This document shows, piece after piece, positions 19,512 through 28,836 of a stretch of 64,000 nt of DNA. The stretch lies in the IMG/VR virus record IMGVR_UViG_3300025101_002824, positions 50,085 to 114,084 of that record, one strand, 5' to 3'. A program made the position numbers and the translations under genes. How positions within the stretch are numbered: the stretch's first letter is position 1; every line of letters starts with the position of its first letter. The notes below the pieces were generated by a model. The model was not told the DNA's origin. It worked only from the letters and a program-made list of their open reading frames with translations, and did not search any database. This DNA is from a virus.

Positions 19512-20413
19512 TGAGCGTATCACATAAATATAGAACATTTGATGAACTTTTAGAATCAGTTAAAGTAGACTTTGCAACGTATGATCTAGAAGGAATGATA
19601 GAACCACAACAATTAATTAAAGTTGCTATAAGAGTAAACTATGATTTAGGTTTAAGAATTAATAGAACTGATAACTGCATTGTTGATATAGAAAATAATA
19701 AAGGACAACTTCCATCAAATTTTAAAACATTAAATTTTGCTGCAATTTGCGGTAAGTATAGAGTAAATACAACTCAACCATCTGGAACAACTACTGAGAC
19801 ACAACCAGCAACATATACTCCAGAACCTGGATATACTGCACCATGTGAAGATGGACAAACATGTAAAGATGTATGTATTGTTAAACCATGTGAAAGAGAT
19901 AGCTCTAAAGATTATATGATAATTCAAAGAGTTGGACCATCTACATTTAGAGAATTTAGCACATTTATACCTTTAAGAATTACTGATACATCTAGTGCAT
20001 ATTGTACTACTGAGTGTCCTAACTTAGGTGTAACAGCTGTAGATTTTGCAGAACTTAAAGATGGTTTTATACTTACTAATTTTAAATCAGGTAAAGTATA
20101 TTTAAGTTACCAAGCAACATTAGAAGATGATGGAGGTAATCTTTTAACTCTTGATCATCCTTATTGTAATGAATATTATGAATATGCATTAAAATCAAGA
20201 ATATTAGAAAACATGATGTTTGCTGGAGAAAATGTTGCTAATCAATCTTCAATGATTGAACAAAGATTACGTGCTGCTAGAAATAATGCTTTAGGTTTTG
20301 TTAATACTCCAAACTTTGAAGAGTATAGAAAAATATGGGAAGTTAATAGAAAAGCACAGTACAATAAATATTATGATATGTTTTCAAGTTTTGCTACTAA
20401 TAGAAGAAACTAA
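19511..20413 (+). CDS. Tail tubular/ring protein (P22 gp4-like position)
   Basis: 300 aa; GFILTNFKSGKVYLSYQA...DDGGN pattern; immediately precedes the muzzle gene as in crAss-like phages. Confidence 0.6.
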   Translation: MSVSHKYRTFDELLESVKVDFATYDLEGMIEPQQLIKVAIRVNYDLGLRINRTDNCIVDIENNKGQLPSNFKTLNFAAICGKYRVNTTQPSGTTTETQPATYTPEPGYTAPCEDGQTCKDVCIVKPCERDSSKDYMIIQRVGPSTFREFSTFIPLRITDTSSAYCTTECPNLGVTAVDFAELKDGFILTNFKSGKVYLSYQATLEDDGGNLLTLDHPYCNEYYEYALKSRILENMMFAGENVANQSSMIEQRLRAARNNALGFVNTPNFEEYRKIWEVNRKAQYNKYYDMFSSFATNRRN

Positions 20414-20415
20414 AA

Positions 20416-23400
20416 ATGGCTAAAAAGCAGCAAAAAAATACAGGTGGGAAAAAAACTCCTAAACGTCAAAATACTGACATAGTAAATACTAATGCCTTTA
20501 TTAAAGGTATGAATAAAGATACTGATAGTGGATATTTTGATAAACAAAGTTGGTATCATGCACGTAATTTAATAAATAATTCTGTTGATGGTGATTTAGG
20601 TGTAGTTGGTAATGAACCAGCAAATTTAAGATGTGCAAAGATTCCTTATACTGTTATAGGAGGTATTCATTTATATGGAGACCAGTGGGTAATATACTCA
20701 ACTAATGATATATTAAGTGAAATAGGTTTATTTGACGACAGTGAATGTAAATACACTACATTAGTAAATGATGATTGTCTTAATTTTAATAAAGATAATT
20801 TAATTATAGGAGCTGCTAAAGAAAATTTTGATTGCACATGGCAAGTATATTGGGATGATGGTTTAAATCCATCCAGAACATTAAATATTGATAATATACC
20901 ATATGTGCAAATAGTTGATCCAAATACACCAGCTGGATCTACATGTATAAATTATATTAATGCTGAACCATTAATGTTAGATTGTGAAAGAATTAGATTA
21001 GCTCCATTAATTGATATACCATGTATTAAATTAGAAAAAGCAGATCAAGGAGGATTATTAGAAAATGGTAGTTATCAAGTATATGCAGCATATTGTATAA
21101 ATGAAAAACCTGTTACAGATTATTTAGGTATTTCAAATATACAACCAATTTGGTCAAGAGAAGATACACAAGGATCACTTACAATAGAACTTTCTAATTT
21201 AGATACTGAATTTGATCAATTACAAATTGTTGTTAGATCTAGAATAAAAGGTCAAGCTACTAATACAGTATTAGGTTTATATAGCACAGAAACAAAATCA
21301 ATAAATATTGATTATATAAATGCTGAATTACCAAAAGTATTATCAAGCACATTACAAAGAAGAATTCCTACATATGAAAAATCTGAAGGAATGTTTGTTG
21401 TTAATGATTATTTAATAAGATCACAACCTACAGAACAATTTGATTTTAACTATCAACCTTTAGCTAATAATATCCAAACATACTGGACTTCTACACAATA
21501 TCCTTCTAATTATTATAGAGAAGGTGGTAACAAACCTACACTATTAAGAGATGAGCAATATGCTTTTTTTATAAGATTTATATATAATACAGGAGAAAAA
21601 TCAGCATCATATCATATACCTGGACGTGCTCCAACAGCTGCTGATGAATTACCTATTGGAGGTGCTGGTAATAATTTTGATAACTCACCAACATGGAGAG
21701 CAGGTAATACTGCATCTTCTCAACCTGGAAATCCTTTTGTAGCTTCATTACTTGGAACTAATACAGATGATGGTGGAACTATTATTGATGGAGGTCTAAT
21801 GGGATTTTGGGAATCTACAGAAGTTTATTCACCTACTGACCCAACTAGATATGGTAATCTTTGTGGTCAACCTATAAGACATCATAAAATTCCTGATGAA
21901 ACTGTTCCTGGTATAGGGACTACATTAACAGGAGCTGGTGAAACCATTCATGTTATAGGTGCTGCTTTTGATAATATAGCACCTCCTGTTGATAATGATG
22001 GTAATGTAATACCTAACATTATTGGATATGAAATATTAGTAGGTAGCCGAGCAGGTAATAGATCTATACTTGCTAAAGGTATTATGAAACACATGTTTAG
22101 GTTTAGAAGAACTCAAAATGATGGTATACGTAATGCTCAAGGATCACCAGATAATTTTGCTTCAGGAACAGGTTTAATGCCTAATTATCCTTTTAATGAT
22201 TTAAGAGCAGATCCTTATTTAATTGGTAGAGATAGTAATAGTATTAGCCAATTGCCTTGGTATGCACAATTTGGAACAGCACCAGAAGAAAATTGGCACA
22301 GAGGAAATACAAATCAAGCTGATGGTTTAGAATTTAATACTGTTGATGCACGGACATTTACTTTTCATTCACCAGAATTAAATTTCTCTAGATTATATTT
22401 AAATCCAACTACAGTAAAAATTTATAAAACAGTAAGTGGAATTGTTTTAGGAAGATTTAAAAAATCAGAAGAACATCCTAGAATGAAGTTATTAAAAAAT
22501 AGAGCAGCAACTGTAGCAGCATTAGTTGGTGTAGGTTATGCTTTAGCAGAAATGCGTGGTAAAAGAAATTATAAGATTGATACCATGCAATCTACGTCTA
22601 TTGGTGAATTTGGTGCACATGCTTTAGGATCTGGTTCACATATGTCACCTTTTGTTGGTCCTGGTACAGGACTTGCTGCTGCAAATGTAGGTGCATCATC
22701 AGCAAGTATTTGGCTTGGAGCTGCAGCAGATGTAGGTTTTAATACTTTAGTTGATATAGGCGCTATATTTGGTGCTGGTAAAGTAGTTCGTCAAGTAGGT
22801 ACACCTATTTATCAACAAGTTGAAGTTGCGTCTACAGCTGCAGCAGCTGGACATATTGGTCCAAAAAGATCTATTCAATATATGGGTAGTGATTTTTCTT
22901 CTATTCCTTCATTAATGTCTATTGCAATAGGTATTATTTCATTTTTAAATTATGTTGCAGTTGGTGGTGATAAAATTATTGATTTAATATTGAATCTTAT
23001 AGGGTTTCAAAACTATGCAATGAAATATATATCTCATGGATATTATCAAAATGAAACTCCATTTTTAGGTACACAATTTAGACAATCTGTAGATAGAGCA
23101 AGATATATTAAAAGTGCTATACAATCATTTGATGGTCAAGATGTAATATACAATAACCTTAGACCTTCTACTGTTGTATTTAAAGTGGCTAATCCATGGG
23201 GAGATTCTTTACCAGGAATTAATGGAGGGCCTATTGATAACACTAAATTTACAATTGGTGCAGGAGCAAATGGATGTGCAGGTAATGGTAATAATAGTAT
23301 GAGTTGGTATAATCCAGGAGAGGAAGTAGAATCAACTGCAGTTGCACATTATATGTCATTTAAAACTTTAATGGATAATCAATATGGTCAGTTAGATAGT

Positions 23401-26400
23401 ATTATTCAACTTACTACACAAAATTGTTTTTATTTTAGAACACAACAAAATGTTGATCCTGATGGTAATATTCTTCCAATAATTTCACAAGATAGATTTA
23501 GTACTGATACAGTATATGCGGGTGATTCATATATATGTAGATATACAGAAAAATCAATTATGCCATTCTTCTTTGACTTTTTAAAAGAAGGAAGAGATGG
23601 TATACCATTTGATTATTCTAAATATGCAAATGTACCATTTCCTAGATTTTGGATGAATTCAGAAAAATTCCGTATGGATCAATTTGTAAGACCAATAACA
23701 AGTTTAAGGTTTAGATGGAATGGAACTGAAGCTTTACCTTCTGGGTATTATAATATGGATTGTCCAGAAAATGGTGGTTATTGTGCACCTCAAGGTGTTT
23801 TTCAACCAGGTACAATTGGTACAGGATTAGGTGCAAATTTTGGTGAAGGAGGAGCTGCTGGTTCAACACAACAAGATGGATCTTCTGCTGGTTCTGGTGC
23901 TATAAATCAAAATCAAACTGGTTTTACACAAAGTTCAGCTGTAGGTGGTGCAGCTTGGGATGATCCTAATGATGATTGGAATCTAGAAAACAGTATGGCA
24001 GCATATAATAATAGGTTTCAAGTTATAAATATTAGTGGTAATGGTAATGGAGGTTCAGATATACCATATAATATTAACATGGGTAGTAATAGTGAAAGAT
24101 GGTCAATAATTGGAGCAGGACAAGATGTTATAACAATAACACCTGCAGCTGGTGTACTAAATCCAGTCCCTACAAATCCAGCAAATCCGCCTGGACCAGC
24201 TTTAGCTGCAGCCGTAGAAACTACACCTAATTTTAATATAACCATAGAAGATCATAGTTACAGTGTACCTTTAGATTCTCCTGGTAATGGACCTTCTATT
24301 ACTAAACAATGTGGTTGTGATTTTGTTAGTTTTGTTAGAGAAGATACAGATGATAGTACATTTACTCCTAGTTTATTTAGTGATTTTGGAACAGCAACAG
24401 CAAGATTAATTTGGGATTGGTCATCTGGTACATTTATAGGTATGACAAATGTAGCAACTGGTTTTTATGCTTCTAATGACCCTACAATAACTGCAGGTGG
24501 TACAGGAAATCCAAGTGATGTTTTAACAAGTTCTGCAAATTTTACATTTCAAAGTGGACTTCTGACTAATCAAGTACAAGATGGTTTTCCATTTGTTTGT
24601 AACAATACAGCAATAATGGGTCAAGGTGCATTTCAATTTCCTAATGCTCAAGCTACTCCAGGAGGTGCTAATGATATAAGTGCTGCTAATCAAAGAAATG
24701 GTGTACAAGCTGGTGGACCAGGTGATCCTCAAGCTCTTGCTGATAATGCCGAACAAGCAGCACAAGATTCAGTATTTGTAACAGGTAATCAACCAGGAGC
24801 TGTAGGTGCTGGTGGTACTGCTACTGGGGGATTATTTGTAATTAAAACAGGATATATGTATACCCATAATTGCGGTATAAATGATTTCTGGGTTGAATCT
24901 TCAATGAATCTAGCTTATAGAGATTATGAAGATGTAGCAAGAAAACAACATTATGATGATGAAAATTTTACTGATCTTGTAGAATTATTTCATGCTAAAA
25001 TTGTAAATTTAGATAATTATTATTTTTATGATAGATCAACATCAGTTGATAAATTTTGGGGTTCATCATGGGGACGTATACAACCAAGTTATTATGATCC
25101 ATTAATTGCAGAAAACTGTTTTATTAAATATCCAAAAAGATTATTATACTCAGTTCCAGCTACAGGATTTAAAGATAAAGCAACGCTTTCAAATAAAAAT
25201 GATGCAAAACAAGATTTTTGGAGAGTGTATCTTACAGAAAACTTTAGAGATTTTAAAGCAAAAGTTACAACAATAAAACCTATTAATGAGACAGGAGCTT
25301 TAATATTCTTTCCAACAATGTCTCCTAAAATGTTCCAAGGACAAGATAGATTACAACTATCTAATACAAAACTTACAATTGGTGATGGAGGATTATTTAG
25401 TCAAGCTTTTCAAAATATAACAAACTCTGATGTATCACACGAGTATGGATCATGTGAAAGTGCAAGAAGTGTATTAAATACTCCTTTTGGTATTTTCTTT
25501 GTATCTCAAGCACAAGGTAAGATTTTTCAATATAGACCAGGTGGTGGTTTAACACCAATATCAGATCAAGGTATGAAATGGTGGATGAATAAATTTTTAC
25601 CATCTAAGCTATTAGAATACTTTCCTTTAATAGAAGATTGTCCTGAAGCAGTAGACAATCCTGTAAATGGTGCAGGTATACAAACTGTATATGATCCTAA
25701 TAATGACATAGTATATTTCTGTAAAAAAGATTTTATACCATTACCGCAATTTCAAGATAATGATTGTATAGAATATATACCTTGTGAAGGTTTTGTTTAT
25801 AATGCAACAAATTGTGAAGGTTTACCACAAGTACCTTCATGTCCTGAAGGATATACATTAATACAAGATCCTGTAACAGGGCAAGATGTTTGTCAATTAT
25901 TATATACTGAAGAACCAATTATATTAGCTACAGAACAATTTAATTATGGTGCAGGTATTGCTATTGGTACTGACTTAGGATTTGGTAATAATGGAACAGC
26001 AAGATATGGTGTAGATTGGCCTATTGTAATTGATGATGTATTTACTGATGGAATGCCTACTAACCAAGCTGATCCAAATACATGGCATTATATAACAGAT
26101 AATGGATCAAATGCATGGTGGAGAAATGCAAATCCAACTAATGGAACAAATGGTATTATTAACAGATTAATGAGAGGAGCTGCTGGTACACCAGGGGGAC
26201 AATTTGCACAAGCAGAATTTCAAATTAATATTCCTACTGCTAAAACTGTACATATTTTATTAGCAGCTGATAATGCGTTTGCATTAGATTTAGATACTGG
26301 AACAGGATATACAAATTTTGTAACACCTGTTGATGCAACTATATTTGGTGCTGTAACTCAGGGTGGTGGTATATGGAATCCTCAAGCAGTTCCAGGAGGA

Positions 26401-28836
26401 AATTTTGCATGGTTATCAGGTGATGCAGTTGATGCATCTCAATATTCAAAAGCTTGGATATATAAATTAGATTTACCATCAGGATGTACAAAATTTAGAA
26501 TGACAGGTACTAACAATGGTGCTGGTTTTGCAGGTCTTGCTGCTGCTGTTATTGATGTTAATGATTATCAAGATATACAAGATGCTACATCATGGGAATC
26601 TTTACCTAAATTATGGGATTCTGAAACTTATGATTTTATTGTTCCTGGAACTACTACTGATTTTAGATGTCCTCCAAACTTTACAATATTTACTGACGGT
26701 ACAGATGGTAGTACAGAAGAGTGTCCAGTATGTAGAGAAGATATAATAATATATAATTGTGATTGTATGACAGATCCAACATCTAATATACCAGGTGTAT
26801 TAATAGGAACATGTCCAGATGCATTTGGTAATGCTGGATCATCTTATTGTCAATACGAAGGATATGCTGATGTTGAAATGATTGATCAAACTTATCCTAT
26901 AGAAGTATTAGATACTAATTACTTTAAAGATATATCTTGGACTATTAGTTATGATCCAAAAACTAAAGCATGGTTATCTTTCCATGATTGGCATCCTAAG
27001 TTAGCATTTAATAGTATAAGACATTTCTTAACTACTAATACTGAAATGACAGAAGTTCCTCAATGTCCAGATGGATATACATGGAATGGTACAAGATGTT
27101 GTTTATCATTACATCATGAAGAGTTAGCAGAAGTTAATGTAACTGAATTTTTATCTACAGTTGAAAGTACACCAGCAACTGTACAAGCATTTTCTGAAAC
27201 AATGGATATTGTTATTGTAATAGATTTTTCAACATCTATGAGAAACAATGGTGGAATTGGAGCAGCAATGCAATTTGTATCAACATTTGTAAGCGGTATG
27301 GCTCCAGGTATGTTAGGAGGTCCATATGCAGGTCAAGTAAGAATAGGACATGGTAGATGGGGTAGTGGTTCTGCATCTGCGTCTCCTCCAGGAGATCCTG
27401 CACAAATAGTAGGTTTAACTGATGATCCAGCTATAGCTGGTGGAAGTCTTACTGCTACTAATACTCCAATAGGTCAAACACAATATTGGCCACAAAGTGG
27501 AACAACCTTTAATGATGGTATAGATCTTGCTAATACTATGCTTACAGGAAGTACAGCTCAACAAAAAATTGTTATATTTGTTACTGATGCAGGTAGTGCT
27601 CCAAATAATCCAACAAATTTAGCAAATGCTACACAATTAATAGCATTATTTGTTGATAATGCAACTAGTGCAAATAATTGTAGTACTACTACTGGTTATG
27701 GTGATGATCTTGGACCTTTAATTACAGATACAGGTTTACCATCAAATCCGGCATATGATGTTGTAAGATGCGCAAATGTTGGAACTCTTCCAAGAAACGT
27801 ATATCATATAGGGTCAGGTATTGATCCTGGTGAAGAAGGACATGCAGCTTCAGTTGCACAAGATTTAGTTCAATCTTTTACACAATGTACATGTACACAA
27901 GGAATAATTGATACAAGTCCTCTTAATCCTCCATGTTTACCTTTACCATCACCTCCACCACAATGTATAACTTGTTCTTGTCCTCCAGGATTTACTTTAA
28001 TTGGTACTTGTGATAATTCACAAAATCCACCAATATGTAGAAAAATGGATTGTGAATGTACAAGTCCTTTATTTAATCCAGATGAAGACTTAACAATAAG
28101 TGGAGAATGTGATGATATTGTACAATATTTTAATCCATTAACTGGAACAGGTAATCCAACTTATGTAAATACTAATCCTTTATTTTGTATATATGATTAT
28201 GAAGATTGTGTACCTGCTAATTATGAATTAGGATTCTTTTGGAAACATAATATTAGAACTGATTTATTTAATAATTATTATGATAAAAATTATCCTTGGG
28301 AAGTAGATATAATTGAAACTACTGGTCAGCAAGTTACTACATTAAGAAGTATAGAATATCAAATGGAAGCTTATTTATATCAAAATGAAGGTAAAGATAG
28401 ATTCCATGATTTAGATTATAATTTTGATGAAGCTGTTATTTATAATTCAGAACAAGTATCAGGATTATTAGAATTAGAATTAGAACCAAAAAATAATGTT
28501 CAATTGTCAATGTTATATCCTATTGTTGGACCTAACAGTATAAGAACATTGTTTAGTAAAGTTGAACAAAAATATAGATTTAATCAATTTTTTGATATTA
28601 CTGCTGACAGAGGAGAGTTTACAGCAGCAACTAATACAATTTGGGAAACAGATTGGGATGGATATGTTAGAACATTAAACCCAGCTAATTTAAATTATAA
28701 TAAAGCACAACATCAAAGAAAGAAATTTAGACATTACTTTAATCATGTGCTATTAAGAAAATCAGATGAAGCTGCTACAACTAGAAAGATGTTATTAAAA
28801 TTAGAGAATACTAAATTAAATGTATCATTTAGATAA
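20416..28836 (+). CDS. Muzzle / tail stabilisation protein (P22 gp10-like) with large insertions including a vWA domain
   Basis: 2806 aa; KGMNKD at the N-terminus, YWDDGLNPSRTLNID, RDEQYAFFI, PISDQGMKWW, WTISYDPKTKAWLSFHDWHP are characteristic of crAss-like stabilisation proteins; vWA MIDAS DFSTS near 27223. Confidence 0.75.
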   Translation: MAKKQQKNTGGKKTPKRQNTDIVNTNAFIKGMNKDTDSGYFDKQSWYHARNLINNSVDGDLGVVGNEPANLRCAKIPYTVIGGIHLYGDQWVIYSTNDILSEIGLFDDSECKYTTLVNDDCLNFNKDNLIIGAAKENFDCTWQVYWDDGLNPSRTLNIDNIPYVQIVDPNTPAGSTCINYINAEPLMLDCERIRLAPLIDIPCIKLEKADQGGLLENGSYQVYAAYCINEKPVTDYLGISNIQPIWSREDTQGSLTIELSNLDTEFDQLQIVVRSRIKGQATNTVLGLYSTETKSINIDYINAELPKVLSSTLQRRIPTYEKSEGMFVVNDYLIRSQPTEQFDFNYQPLANNIQTYWTSTQYPSNYYREGGNKPTLLRDEQYAFFIRFIYNTGEKSASYHIPGRAPTAADELPIGGAGNNFDNSPTWRAGNTASSQPGNPFVASLLGTNTDDGGTIIDGGLMGFWESTEVYSPTDPTRYGNLCGQPIRHHKIPDETVPGIGTTLTGAGETIHVIGAAFDNIAPPVDNDGNVIPNIIGYEILVGSRAGNRSILAKGIMKHMFRFRRTQNDGIRNAQGSPDNFASGTGLMPNYPFNDLRADPYLIGRDSNSISQLPWYAQFGTAPEENWHRGNTNQADGLEFNTVDARTFTFHSPELNFSRLYLNPTTVKIYKTVSGIVLGRFKKSEEHPRMKLLKNRAATVAALVGVGYALAEMRGKRNYKIDTMQSTSIGEFGAHALGSGSHMSPFVGPGTGLAAANVGASSASIWLGAAADVGFNTLVDIGAIFGAGKVVRQVGTPIYQQVEVASTAAAAGHIGPKRSIQYMGSDFSSIPSLMSIAIGIISFLNYVAVGGDKIIDLILNLIGFQNYAMKYISHGYYQNETPFLGTQFRQSVDRARYIKSAIQSFDGQDVIYNNLRPSTVVFKVANPWGDSLPGINGGPIDNTKFTIGAGANGCAGNGNNSMSWYNPGEEVESTAVAHYMSFKTLMDNQYGQLDSIIQLTTQNCFYFRTQQNVDPDGNILPIISQDRFSTDTVYAGDSYICRYTEKSIMPFFFDFLKEGRDGIPFDYSKYANVPFPRFWMNSEKFRMDQFVRPITSLRFRWNGTEALPSGYYNMDCPENGGYCAPQGVFQPGTIGTGLGANFGEGGAAGSTQQDGSSAGSGAINQNQTGFTQSSAVGGAAWDDPNDDWNLENSMAAYNNRFQVINISGNGNGGSDIPYNINMGSNSERWSIIGAGQDVITITPAAGVLNPVPTNPANPPGPALAAAVETTPNFNITIEDHSYSVPLDSPGNGPSITKQCGCDFVSFVREDTDDSTFTPSLFSDFGTATARLIWDWSSGTFIGMTNVATGFYASNDPTITAGGTGNPSDVLTSSANFTFQSGLLTNQVQDGFPFVCNNTAIMGQGAFQFPNAQATPGGANDISAANQRNGVQAGGPGDPQALADNAEQAAQDSVFVTGNQPGAVGAGGTATGGLFVIKTGYMYTHNCGINDFWVESSMNLAYRDYEDVARKQHYDDENFTDLVELFHAKIVNLDNYYFYDRSTSVDKFWGSSWGRIQPSYYDPLIAENCFIKYPKRLLYSVPATGFKDKATLSNKNDAKQDFWRVYLTENFRDFKAKVTTIKPINETGALIFFPTMSPKMFQGQDRLQLSNTKLTIGDGGLFSQAFQNITNSDVSHEYGSCESARSVLNTPFGIFFVSQAQGKIFQYRPGGGLTPISDQGMKWWMNKFLPSKLLEYFPLIEDCPEAVDNPVNGAGIQTVYDPNNDIVYFCKKDFIPLPQFQDNDCIEYIPCEGFVYNATNCEGLPQVPSCPEGYTLIQDPVTGQDVCQLLYTEEPIILATEQFNYGAGIAIGTDLGFGNNGTARYGVDWPIVIDDVFTDGMPTNQADPNTWHYITDNGSNAWWRNANPTNGTNGIINRLMRGAAGTPGGQFAQAEFQINIPTAKTVHILLAADNAFALDLDTGTGYTNFVTPVDATIFGAVTQGGGIWNPQAVPGGNFAWLSGDAVDASQYSKAWIYKLDLPSGCTKFRMTGTNNGAGFAGLAAAVIDVNDYQDIQDATSWESLPKLWDSETYDFIVPGTTTDFRCPPNFTIFTDGTDGSTEECPVCREDIIIYNCDCMTDPTSNIPGVLIGTCPDAFGNAGSSYCQYEGYADVEMIDQTYPIEVLDTNYFKDISWTISYDPKTKAWLSFHDWHPKLAFNSIRHFLTTNTEMTEVPQCPDGYTWNGTRCCLSLHHEELAEVNVTEFLSTVESTPATVQAFSETMDIVIVIDFSTSMRNNGGIGAAMQFVSTFVSGMAPGMLGGPYAGQVRIGHGRWGSGSASASPPGDPAQIVGLTDDPAIAGGSLTATNTPIGQTQYWPQSGTTFNDGIDLANTMLTGSTAQQKIVIFVTDAGSAPNNPTNLANATQLIALFVDNATSANNCSTTTGYGDDLGPLITDTGLPSNPAYDVVRCANVGTLPRNVYHIGSGIDPGEEGHAASVAQDLVQSFTQCTCTQGIIDTSPLNPPCLPLPSPPPQCITCSCPPGFTLIGTCDNSQNPPICRKMDCECTSPLFNPDEDLTISGECDDIVQYFNPLTGTGNPTYVNTNPLFCIYDYEDCVPANYELGFFWKHNIRTDLFNNYYDKNYPWEVDIIETTGQQVTTLRSIEYQMEAYLYQNEGKDRFHDLDYNFDEAVIYNSEQVSGLLELELEPKNNVQLSMLYPIVGPNSIRTLFSKVEQKYRFNQFFDITADRGEFTAATNTIWETDWDGYVRTLNPANLNYNKAQHQRKKFRHYFNHVLLRKSDEAATTRKMLLKLENTKLNVSFR

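Noticed and set aside
20416-20460. GG dipeptides in the muzzle N-terminus (KNTGG), MCP C-terminus (VTGG) and Gly-rich fibre regions as cargo tags
   Set aside because: They lack the preceding M/F/Y/A pattern or lie in generally Gly-rich sequence where GG is expected by chance.
9862-28230. Eukaryotic or giant-virus origin suggested by Cys-rich, EGF-like and vWA modules
   Set aside because: Gene order, overlapping start/stop codons, intrinsic terminators and the DFDID vRNAP indicate a crAss-like bacteriophage.
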